Origin: an uncultured Bdellovibrionales bacterium | GTDB taxonomy: Bacteria > Patescibacteriota > Minisyncoccia > Moranbacterales > UBA1568 | Assembly: GCA_964491155.1 (NCBI GenBank) | Contig: CAZBFG010000001.1 | Coordinates: 4,604 to 68,603, forward strand | DNA: 64,000 bases | Reading direction: 5' to 3' | Shown here: in pieces, positions 10,289 to 17,542 of the stretch | How positions within the stretch are numbered: position 1 is the first letter of the stretch | Layout: every line of letters starts with the position of its first letter | Program-made: the position numbers and the translations under genes | The notes under the pieces: model-generated | Databases searched by the model: none | What the model was told of the DNA's origin: nothing | Seen by the model: only the letters and a program-made list of their open reading frames with translations

Positions 10289-10741
10289 TCAGCAGCCCGA
10301 GGACTGCAGGTTCTTGACGTGCATCTCACCGTCGACTCCTTGGAGTCCGATGCGCACGGCGCCGTCCGTCATGTTCGGCGGGAAAACCCATTCCCGCTTG
10401 ACGGATCGGAACTCATCAGACGACCCCTGCTTGAAGTCCGGTGCCCACTTCTGTTTGCCACCGGCCATGATCTCGAAATCGAAATGAGGCCCATGGTAGG
10501 AAGCAGTCCCGCCCTTCACGCCCGTAGCCTTGTACTCGGCCGAGAGCGTGAACTTCTTGCCAGCGCAACTCGCCGGCAAGACATAGATCAGTCGCGGGAA
10601 GTCATCTCCACCGCTCTGACCACGAATGACGTACGTGTCACCGTTCTTAGTGACATCACCACCTTCCATCTTCCACACCACCTGGGCGGTGGCATTGACC
10701 GAAAAAAGAGCGGCCAAAAGCGCTAAAAACTTGGTTTGCAT
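10289..10741 (-). CDS. Small secreted hypothetical protein (high-GC island)
   Basis: Signal peptide MQTKFLALLAALFSVNATAQ; the track start at 10753 is TTG and the ATG at 10741 is preferred. Confidence 0.6.
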   Translation of the reverse strand: MQTKFLALLAALFSVNATAQVVWKMEGGDVTKNGDTYVIRGQSGGDDFPRLIYVLPASCAGKKFTLSAEYKATGVKGGTASYHGPHFDFEIMAGGKQKWAPDFKQGSSDEFRSVKREWVFPPNMTDGAVRIGLQGVDGEMHVKNLQSSGC

Positions 10742-10865
10742 GGTTTGCTCCAATTGAAAAGGACCAGAATTCGTGCGTTCGCATCACGCGAACAAAGAAG
10801 TATAGAATAAAATTCGCTTTCTGTCAATAAAGAGAAACTCGTTTGAGTTTCAGAAATATTTTGGA

Positions 10866-10910
10866 TAAAAAAAGAGGGGTTTCGCAGTACATCGTACTTT
10901 GAAACCCCTA
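10866..10910 (-). terminator. Intrinsic terminator after 10958-11608
   Basis: On the minus strand, aggggtttc...gaaacccct is followed by ctttttttat. Confidence 0.6.
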
Positions 10911-10957
10911 TTGTGTAACCGCGTCATTGACGCGGGACTTGTGGCGGCCTAGCCAGG

Positions 10958-11608
10958 CTACTGGAAGCTGCCGGCGAAGAACTGCTTGGCGGCCTTGGTC
11001 GGCAACACAACCTTGGTAGCCTTGCCGTCGGCACCGCGCTCGACGATGAGCAGTGTGATGGTTTGCCCACGGCTGTTCTTGCCGCGTGACTCACCAAAGG
11101 GGTGGGAACCCCAGGCCCGTGTTCCGTCCTTGAGTTCGATCACAGGGATCGCGCCCAAGAGGTCGTAGTCGCCGGCCACGTCGACCTGATAGGTACCACT
11201 GGCGCCCGTGATGGGTGCGCAGGCAACCCGCGGGTCGTCGAGCTTGAGACTCGGAAGGCTGGCAGTGCCTGGCCAATCACTGCCGCGCTTCAGAATGCAC
11301 TGACGTGCACCTTCGAACGCCGCCGGATTGGTCTTGTAGGACAACACCCAGTCCATGACACCCTTCTTGCCATCCTCGCTTTGCAGCTTGGTAGCGTTGT
11401 AGGTGGCGCCAGGGTCGGTTTTCCACACGGCCGCGATGCCGTGGATGGTCAACTCGACCTTGTCATTGAGAACCGGGCCGATCTGGAGCGTCGTCGCGCC
11501 GGCGCCTTGGGTACCGTTGACCTTGAAGGTCGTCTTGGCCGGTTCGGCCGCGGAAACGCTCAAGGCACATGCGAAAGCCGCGAGCGCGGCGAAGATCTTG
11601 CTGATCAT
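10958..11608 (-). CDS. Secreted hypothetical protein (high-GC island)
   Basis: Signal peptide MISKIFAALAAFACALSVSAAEP; an AGGAG ribosome-binding site. Confidence 0.6.
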   Translation of the reverse strand: MISKIFAALAAFACALSVSAAEPAKTTFKVNGTQGAGATTLQIGPVLNDKVELTIHGIAAVWKTDPGATYNATKLQSEDGKKGVMDWVLSYKTNPAAFEGARQCILKRGSDWPGTASLPSLKLDDPRVACAPITGASGTYQVDVAGDYDLLGAIPVIELKDGTRAWGSHPFGESRGKNSRGQTITLLIVERGADGKATKVVLPTKAAKQFFAGSFQ

Positions 11609-11643
11609 GGTGTGCTCCTAAGTTGCACGGTGGGAAAGTTGAT

Positions 11644-11690
11644 TGCGTCTGTAAAATCAACTCACCCGAGTTGATAGATTCACAGACGCG
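11644..11690 (-). promoter_or_regulatory. Long imperfect hairpin in the 5' UTR of 10958-11608
   Basis: gcgtctgtgaatctatcaactc pairs with gagttgattttacagacgc (8 bp then 6 bp); it lies between the promoter and the ribosome-binding site. Confidence 0.4.
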
Positions 11691-11745
11691 AGGAACTGAG
11701 TTCTCCGATGTTTACCTCTTTGACGAGATACCCACTGGAGGAATC

Positions 11746-11774
11746 AGTATACACCTTTTCTTACTTCTTGTCAA
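11746..11774 (-). promoter_or_regulatory. Sigma70-type promoter, TTGACA-17-TATACT
   Basis: On the minus strand a consensus -35 (ttgaca) is followed by a 17-nt spacer and a -10 (tatact), about 130 nt upstream of the ATG at 11608. Confidence 0.6.
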
Positions 11775-11824
11775 TAGCTAGAAAGAGAATGTTTTAAGGC
11801 TCAAGGGAGCCTAAAAAGATCAAA

Positions 11825-11852
11825 GGCAGGTCGTTCGGATGAACTTCCTGCC
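11825..11852 (-). terminator. Intrinsic terminator after 11995-13617
   Basis: On the minus strand, ggcagg...cctgcc is followed by tttgatcttttt. Confidence 0.5.
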
Positions 11853-11994
11853 CTGATTGCGACGATGTCGCTAACTGCCCTGCTGCGTTTCATTTACCTA
11901 AGCCGATATGTCGCATCCAAATGATTTTCATCATTCGTCTTGGCGCATACCCTTTTTATAGACTTTCGTACAAATTCTACGCAGCTGTGTTCAG

Positions 11995-13617
11995 TCAGTC
12001 GTCAGCGTCAGAGGGCGCGGTCTTCCACTGCTTCTGGGGACTATTCATCCCCTTAGGCAGAATGACCATGCCATCCTTGTCGAGTCGGCCACCGGCCTTT
12101 TCGATCGCGGCCGTGAATTGCGCCTTGCGCGCTTGTTCACGATGCACGTAGACCGTCTTGCGGATGTCCCAGCTCCAGCCGAAACCGAAGAGTGAACCGC
12201 CGTTCAACAGGTCATAGTTGCGACCGAGGCCTATGAAGAGCCGCTCTTCCTTATCGCTCCACTGGAAGCGCCAGTTGGCCGTTTCTGCCAGGCTCGGAGC
12301 CTCTTGGAACCAGCCGAGCGCGAACCAGAGCTTGGTACCGATCTTGTCATCCTCTTCCGAAAGGTCGAGGAGACCGATACGTCCACCCACGTTCACGACA
12401 TGACTGAGCCTGGAGTCCGGGTCGGCCAGTGGTTGACCAAAAACGGAGTGTTCGGCCTCACCTCCCGTCGGCTTGAAGGCCGAAACGAAGAGTTGGTACT
12501 TGAAGAAGGACTTCTCCCCCCTCAACTCGCGTGCGTAGTTGTTGTACGCGAGCGTGATACCACGAAGGTCGAATTGCCGTTGGCTCTTGTAAGCCGCTTG
12601 CTCGCCGTTCTCTTCCAACGTGGCCCACGGCAGCAGCTTGAGACCGAAGTCGTAGCCACCTTCGTAAGCACTGTACTTGTAGGCCGGCCCGTAACCACCG
12701 AGGTGACCACTGAAACCAAAGCCTGTATCAGTCTTGCCGTGCCAGCTGCTGAAAGTGCCGCCGATACCGAACGCGTGTTCGGCACCGGAACCTTCAATGA
12801 AGAGACCGTAGAGCGCTCCAGACACGAACGTCGATTGCGCTGTCCGATCGTACTCCTTGCCGCCCACCAGTTCCCAGTCCCAGCGACGCACTGCCTCTTC
12901 AGGCGGTACTTCTTTGGGTTCGGGTTCTGGTATAACTTCTGGCGTCGGTTCTGGCTCTTTCTGCGGCTGCGGTTCTGGTTCCGGCTGTGGCTCAGGCTGT
13001 GGTTCTGGTTCCGGCTGTGGCTCAGGCTGGGACGTCACCATGAAGGTGATGTTCCCACATGAGAGCATATCGGCCAGCGTCTTGCCGGTCGAGAGCTTCC
13101 ATGTCTCCATCGCTTCGGGTCGCCCACCTTGTTCTGGTGTGCAAACCCTGACGTCACGGAGAAACTTGATCGTACCATCTTTGGAACGGAATGGCATGGC
13201 TTTGAACACCATGTCACTAGATACTAGCTCACGAACTCCACGCTCGAGAGAGACCAGAGCTTTCGCCTCGACTTTCTCTTCTGCCGTCAGATCCGGATTG
13301 GCATCGATTGCCTCCAGCCGAAGCTTGAGAGAGCCATAACGATTCCACGGCGCCCTATTCAAGTTGATGCAGGCTTGGGGCTGCTTCGCTTCGACAGCTG
13401 TACCACGCTCCGGGAACCGGATGATGGCACCAGCCTTGATGACGTTGCAGTCGTCCAGTTGATTGAACAGGCAGAGCACCTGCCAATCATGACCGAACTT
13501 CTTGGCAATCGATCCGAGCGTCTCGCCGGGATTGATTTTGTGAGGCGGCGTTTGATCGCCAGCCCACGCCCCCACCACTCCAAAGAGCAGCAAGAGAACC
13601 ATATACCATTTCTTCAT
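11995..13617 (-). CDS. Secreted LysM-like domain protein with a PEPQ-repeat linker and a Gly/aromatic-rich C-terminal domain
   Basis: Signal peptide MKKWYMVLLLLFGVVGAWAG; a LysM-like segment (INPGETLGSIAKKFGHDWQVL...IKAGAIIRFP); the linker QPEPQPEPEPQPEPQPEPEPQPQKEPEP; a C-terminal ~300 aa rich in G/F/Y/W. Confidence 0.6.
   Translation of the reverse strand: MKKWYMVLLLLFGVVGAWAGDQTPPHKINPGETLGSIAKKFGHDWQVLCLFNQLDDCNVIKAGAIIRFPERGTAVEAKQPQACINLNRAPWNRYGSLKLRLEAIDANPDLTAEEKVEAKALVSLERGVRELVSSDMVFKAMPFRSKDGTIKFLRDVRVCTPEQGGRPEAMETWKLSTGKTLADMLSCGNITFMVTSQPEPQPEPEPQPEPQPEPEPQPQKEPEPTPEVIPEPEPKEVPPEEAVRRWDWELVGGKEYDRTAQSTFVSGALYGLFIEGSGAEHAFGIGGTFSSWHGKTDTGFGFSGHLGGYGPAYKYSAYEGGYDFGLKLLPWATLEENGEQAAYKSQRQFDLRGITLAYNNYARELRGEKSFFKYQLFVSAFKPTGGEAEHSVFGQPLADPDSRLSHVVNVGGRIGLLDLSEEDDKIGTKLWFALGWFQEAPSLAETANWRFQWSDKEERLFIGLGRNYDLLNGGSLFGFGWSWDIRKTVYVHREQARKAQFTAAIEKAGGRLDKDGMVILPKGMNSPQKQWKTAPSDADD
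12936..13034. repeat. Tandem 30-bp DNA repeat encoding the PE/PQ linker
   Basis: ggttctggttccggctgtggctcaggctgt appears in at least two perfect copies plus degenerate copies. Confidence 0.7.
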
Positions 13618-14543
13618 GGCAAACTCCTTGTCTGTAGGTTTCTGGGTGGGTCGCTCGGAAGCAACCCGGCTTGGGTTTCTTCCTTCACGGCGTCACCTTT
13701 CTTCCCGCATCCGTTGTTCGCCACAGATATGTTATGCGGCAACGACAGCACTGCGCCGACAATCATAAACGTCGCGCTGGGCACTGCCGAAGCACTACCG
13801 CATGTGACGAGTCTGTCGAGCTTATTCACGCCCTTTGTCAGGGCGCCAACATGAACGATGTCCGGCTGCGTCGAGAACACTTCCCCATCATCTCCCATCG
13901 GGAGAGGAATGGGGTAGCGTGCTTCCAGCCACACGAAGAACTTGCGTCCTGCGGGGTGGTCGCGCCGGAAATTCGAATACTCAGGAAATGGCGAGGGATG
14001 GGCGGTGAAGAACTGATTACTCAGCTCAAAGGCGCCATTCTCGATATTTACCAAAGCACCCTTGGTCGTCATGACTGTCTTGCCATCATTGAACCGGACG
14101 AGCCAGTAGCCCCGATTGTACTCCGCCACCCTTCCAGGAGGCAAGAGTACAAAAAGCTCTGTTTCGTCAGGATTCATGATGGTGTCAAACACTTCAACTC
14201 TTCCATCGACGTAGTAGGCGGTTCGCCAGACCGAACAGATGACTGGTCGAACTGACTTCCCAACCTTGTACGAGCGACTCGGGTCACGGATCTCACTGCG
14301 CCAGGCCTCAGGGAGAGGCTTGGGCAACTTGATCATGGCGACCGTGTAGCTGAAGGTCTTGGTAACATCACCACGTACTGATACGCAGCGCCACGGCAGT
14401 TGTACACCACCTTGATCGCCTTGCTTCACCTTCGTGGTCTCGATGTTGTAGCCAATATCCTCTCTGACCTCTTCGATCTTCCGATCGATACTGGCGCACC
14501 CCGTGAGGAGGGCCAGAGCGATCATACCAATGATACGCAACAT
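13614..14543 (-). CDS. Lipoprotein of unknown function, overlapping the downstream LysM gene by 4 nt
   Basis: Lipobox MLRIIGMIALALLTGCAS; a GGAG ribosome-binding site ahead of the ATG at 14543; the track start at 14609 is an upstream extension. Confidence 0.6.
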   Translation of the reverse strand: MLRIIGMIALALLTGCASIDRKIEEVREDIGYNIETTKVKQGDQGGVQLPWRCVSVRGDVTKTFSYTVAMIKLPKPLPEAWRSEIRDPSRSYKVGKSVRPVICSVWRTAYYVDGRVEVFDTIMNPDETELFVLLPPGRVAEYNRGYWLVRFNDGKTVMTTKGALVNIENGAFELSNQFFTAHPSPFPEYSNFRRDHPAGRKFFVWLEARYPIPLPMGDDGEVFSTQPDIVHVGALTKGVNKLDRLVTCGSASAVPSATFMIVGAVLSLPHNISVANNGCGKKGDAVKEETQAGLLPSDPPRNLQTRSLP

Positions 14544-14667
14544 GGATATCTCCTTGTGGGTTGCACCAAACAAACTAACTGAACACAAATTGGTAAGGAT
14601 CAAAAACAACAGATCCTAGGAAGAAAGCAGTGGTGACGATGACGCCGCACCGCTCTCTTCCCAGGAA

Positions 14668-14688
14668 CTTAGACATCAGATGTCTAAG
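14668..14688. promoter_or_regulatory. Perfect 21-bp palindrome CTTAGACATCaGATGTCTAAG, a candidate operator
   Basis: 10-bp arms with a 1-nt centre; it cannot form an RNA hairpin with a 1-nt loop, so a DNA-binding site is more likely; it lies about 125 nt upstream of the lipoprotein ATG. Confidence 0.45.
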
Positions 14689-14726
14689 TGCGGGATGACT
14701 CGGCGCTTTAGGAAAGCGCCCGTCAC

Positions 14727-15404
14727 TTAGGCCATTCGGTCATTCAAAGAAACAGTGTCATTGCGAGAAAAAGCAGAGTAGCGAGATTCGTATCTCACAA
14801 CAATAAAGAAAGCTGAGAGAAAGAGTCCGGCTAGAAAGGCGATGAAGACAGTCTTAATCACCTTGGTCAGACTCGGGCTCTGTTCGAGAATCGGACCAGA
14901 GAGGACACGGATCTCGACACTTTTTTCATCACCACCACGGAAGAGTGAGTTTTTTTCGATCAGTACCTGAGCGATACCGTCCATGATACGGGCGACATCA
15001 CGCTCACGTTCACCTTTGACAGTTACGCCGATGATGCCGAGTTCGAGATTTTTTTCGACCGCTACCATCTTGCTCCACTGTGCGAGACGATGCTGTTTGT
15101 CGAATGGCAAGAATTCTTTGTTCACTTTACCAGTCTCTACCAGTGCATCGATGAAACGATCGCTGTACACCGCCTCAGCAAGAATTTTTCCCAAGTACTC
15201 TGAAGATTTGAATTGGGTGTAAAAATCCTGATTGTTTGCATTGGTCTGCACCACCAAAAAATCCATTTTATTCTGAAATGGCTTTTCAGTCATGATAAGA
15301 CCGAAGAATGCAAGTGCGCCAAACAGCGCACCAAAAAGGATAAGTGTTCCCATCCGTGACCGCAATAAAGCGAAGATTTGCTGGTTTTCCATAATTTTTC
15401 TCAC
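14727..15404 (-). CDS. Wzz-like polysaccharide chain-length determinant family protein
   Basis: N-terminal and C-terminal TM helices flank a periplasmic helical domain (Wzz architecture); the track start at 15404 is GTG and an ATG alternative lies at 15390. Confidence 0.55.
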   Translation of the reverse strand: MRKIMENQQIFALLRSRMGTLILFGALFGALAFFGLIMTEKPFQNKMDFLVVQTNANNQDFYTQFKSSEYLGKILAEAVYSDRFIDALVETGKVNKEFLPFDKQHRLAQWSKMVAVEKNLELGIIGVTVKGERERDVARIMDGIAQVLIEKNSLFRGGDEKSVEIRVLSGPILEQSPSLTKVIKTVFIAFLAGLFLSAFFIVVRYESRYSAFSRNDTVSLNDRMA

Positions 15405-15420
15405 AATTTATAGACCTTAT

Positions 15421-15449
15421 ATACTACCAAAAAAATGACAAATTGTCAA
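15421..15449 (-). promoter_or_regulatory. Promoter TTGACAAT-N17-TGGTAGTAT (extended -10)
   Basis: The minus strand reads ttgacaatttgtcatttttttggtagtat; the greA promoter is nearly identical. Confidence 0.5.
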
Positions 15450-15475
15450 TAGCAAAACAATGATTTTTTGATATA

Positions 15476-15508
15476 GCTAAAAACCCCTTAAACAAGGGGT
15501 TTTATGGG
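15476..15508 (-). terminator. Intrinsic (bidirectional-looking) terminator
   Basis: aaaacccctt-aaac-aaggggtttt forms a stem with T-runs on the minus strand. Confidence 0.5.
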
Positions 15509-15524
15509 ATATTATATTGGACTA

Positions 15525-15694
15525 GGAAATATCTTCCCTTTTCTTACCCTTTCTTTCCGACGAACATCCCTGACTCGTTCTGCCGAACAGGGAGCTGTCT
15601 TGTACCAAGGTGTCAATCACGCTCGACTGTTACCGGCTCACTCATCACGGATGTGACCGTCGGAAACCGGAGAAAGAAAATGAAAGAATATTTC
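15525..15694. repeat. Copy 1 of a ~175-nt conserved imperfect-palindrome element (candidate structured ncRNA)
   Basis: About 85% identical to 62242-62422; nested helices (ggaaatat/atatttcc, tccgacg/cgtcgga, acatcc/ggatgt) carry compensatory changes between the copies. Confidence 0.7.
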
Positions 15695-15715
15695 CCATGC
15701 GCTTTTCAGGGCTCC

Positions 15716-16885
15716 CTAAAAAAGCTTGGTGAGTTTCTCGAGAATATCAAACTGAGCAAAATCACGCACGGTCACAAAAAGCATAAGGAGTAAAAGGAGC
15801 ATAAAGCCCACTTGATGAATCATACCCTCCACTCTGCGACTGACCGGACTACCTTTCAACTTTTCAATGAGAATAAAGAGGATACGTCCACCGTCGAGGG
15901 CCGGAATCGGCAGGATGTTGATGATACCAAGATTGATCGAAAGGAGTGCAGCAAACTGAAGGAGATATGGCAGACCGAGGTCACTCATCTGCTTGGTCAA
16001 GTAGACGATGCCGACCGGACCAGTCACATCAAGTGCCGCTTTCTCCGCCCCAAAGAGTGAAGCAATCATTTTACCAAAAGCTTCGAGGATAGCCATGGTG
16101 ATGTTGTAGGTCGCGATGGCGCCACGGTAGATGGCTTCGTACCATGGATATGAAACCACGGCTGTTTCAGAAAACGAAATGCCGAGAGCGCCTTCACTAG
16201 CTGGATATTCAGTTCGGGGTGTTCCAGAAAGCGAAAACGCCTGTCCAAAACGATCCACATCGATACTGATAGATTTGCCCTTGTTCTCACCGATTATCTG
16301 CGAGACCCGTTCGAGACTGTGTATCTTTTCCCCGTTGATAGAGACGATAGCGTCACCCATTGACAGTCCCATGGCTTCGGCTGGCGTCCCCTTCCCGACG
16401 GACAGCACCTGAATTTCCGCATTTGGATACTGACCACGTTCACTCGGCTCGATAGGCTGCGGCATGCCAAGCATGAGCACGATAGAAATGAGGAACCAGG
16501 CAAACAGAAAGTTCATGACCACCCCTGCAGCCAGCACTTTGACACGTACCCAGGCTGACTTGCTCGCAAAACTGTTGGGATCGCTCGTATCGTGTCCATC
16601 CTCTCCAGCAATTTTGACAAACCCCCCGAGTGGAATCCAATTGAGCGAATAGACCGTTTTCCCGCTTGGCATTTCCTTGTTTCCCCACACTATTCTGTAT
16701 TTCCCCGTATCATCCTTGATCACTCCGAACATCCGTGGTGGAAACCCAAAGCCAAATTCGTCTACTCGAATACCGTTTCGTACAGCTGTCACAAAATGCC
16801 CCAATTCGTGTACAAACACCAGGAGCCCAAGGAGAACAATAAATATGAGAACAGTGAGCATAGTCAGAAAATTCCTAATTCCCAA
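15716..16885 (-). CDS. rseP: RIP site-2 zinc metalloprotease RseP (M50 family) with a PDZ domain
   Basis: HELGHF motif in the first TM helix, a PDZ segment, and a C-terminal LDGG motif; the track start is TTG and an ATG alternative lies at 16861. Confidence 0.8.
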   Translation of the reverse strand: MGIRNFLTMLTVLIFIVLLGLLVFVHELGHFVTAVRNGIRVDEFGFGFPPRMFGVIKDDTGKYRIVWGNKEMPSGKTVYSLNWIPLGGFVKIAGEDGHDTSDPNSFASKSAWVRVKVLAAGVVMNFLFAWFLISIVLMLGMPQPIEPSERGQYPNAEIQVLSVGKGTPAEAMGLSMGDAIVSINGEKIHSLERVSQIIGENKGKSISIDVDRFGQAFSLSGTPRTEYPASEGALGISFSETAVVSYPWYEAIYRGAIATYNITMAILEAFGKMIASLFGAEKAALDVTGPVGIVYLTKQMSDLGLPYLLQFAALLSINLGIINILPIPALDGGRILFILIEKLKGSPVSRRVEGMIHQVGFMLLLLLMLFVTVRDFAQFDILEKLTKLF

Positions 16886-16965
16886 TCTCTAATTTCTAAA
16901 AATGCAGAAATTTTATTGGGATTCTTAGTTAGATATTTGATATTAGAAATTAGATATCCCGTTTC
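16886..16965. repeat. Copy A of the CTAATTTCTAA/TTAGAAATTAG palindromic intergenic repeat
   Basis: Inverted pairs cccaat/attggg and ctaatttctaa/ttagaaattag; it lies between frr and rseP. Confidence 0.6.
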
Positions 16966-17523
16966 TTAAACGGTCAGCACTTCTTCTTCCTTCTTCTTCC
17001 GAATCACTTCCAGTTTCTGATTGTATTCATCAACGACTTTTTGCAACTCTTCCTTTCCAAAAAACTTGTCATCCTCAGAGATATCCCCTGATTTTTCAAA
17101 ATCCTGGATATCTTTCCAGATTTCTTCTCGAACATTGCGTATAGCGATGCGCCCCTCTTCTGCCCGTTGATTGAGTGATTTGACCAAGTTTTTTCGCGTT
17201 TCCTCAGTCAATGCTGGGAGTGTGATACGAAGCGCCACGCCATCATTGCCTGGGTTCAGTCCCAGATCAGACTCCCGGATGGCTGCTTCAATGAGTACCA
17301 GACTGCCCTTGTCCCAGGGAGAAATGAGGATCTGACGAGCCTCGGGAATGCTGATACTGGCTATCTGACGGAGCGGTGTACGTGTACCGTAGTAGTCCAC
17401 CGACAAATTTTCCACCAATCCGGGATGGGCGCGTCCTGTACGAATCTTGGAGGCTTCGTCTGCAAAGTGTCCGACCGCATTCTCGAAATTCTGCTTCTTA
17501 TCATCAATCAGTTCCTTTATCAT
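16966..17523 (-). CDS. frr: Ribosome recycling factor
   Basis: 185 aa; full-length RRF-like sequence (MIKELIDDKKQNFENAVGHF...). Confidence 0.9.
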   Translation of the reverse strand: MIKELIDDKKQNFENAVGHFADEASKIRTGRAHPGLVENLSVDYYGTRTPLRQIASISIPEARQILISPWDKGSLVLIEAAIRESDLGLNPGNDGVALRITLPALTEETRKNLVKSLNQRAEEGRIAIRNVREEIWKDIQDFEKSGDISEDDKFFGKEELQKVVDEYNQKLEVIRKKKEEEVLTV

Positions 17524-17542
17524 AGTCTTGCGTTTCGTTATA

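Noticed and set aside
12936-13034. Possibility that the periodic repeats here are a CRISPR array
   Set aside because: The repeats are directly adjacent with no unique spacers. They are in-frame coding sequence for a PEPQ linker, and no cas genes are present in the window.
11995-13617. Calling the Gly/aromatic-rich C-terminal domain of the LysM protein an outer-membrane beta-barrel
   Set aside because: There is no C-terminal aromatic signature. There is no evidence that the organism is diderm. The alternating pattern is compatible with soluble beta-sandwich domains. The feature is left as unknown.
15679-15795. Small plus-strand ORFs that begin right after the conserved element (ggagaaagaaaATG...), also seen at 62395-62502, suggesting a leader peptide or small protein
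   Set aside because: The two copies stay conserved for only about 20 nt past the ATG and the encoded peptides are unrelated. The first would overlap rseP antisense. The conservation is therefore at the nucleotide or structure level, not the protein level.
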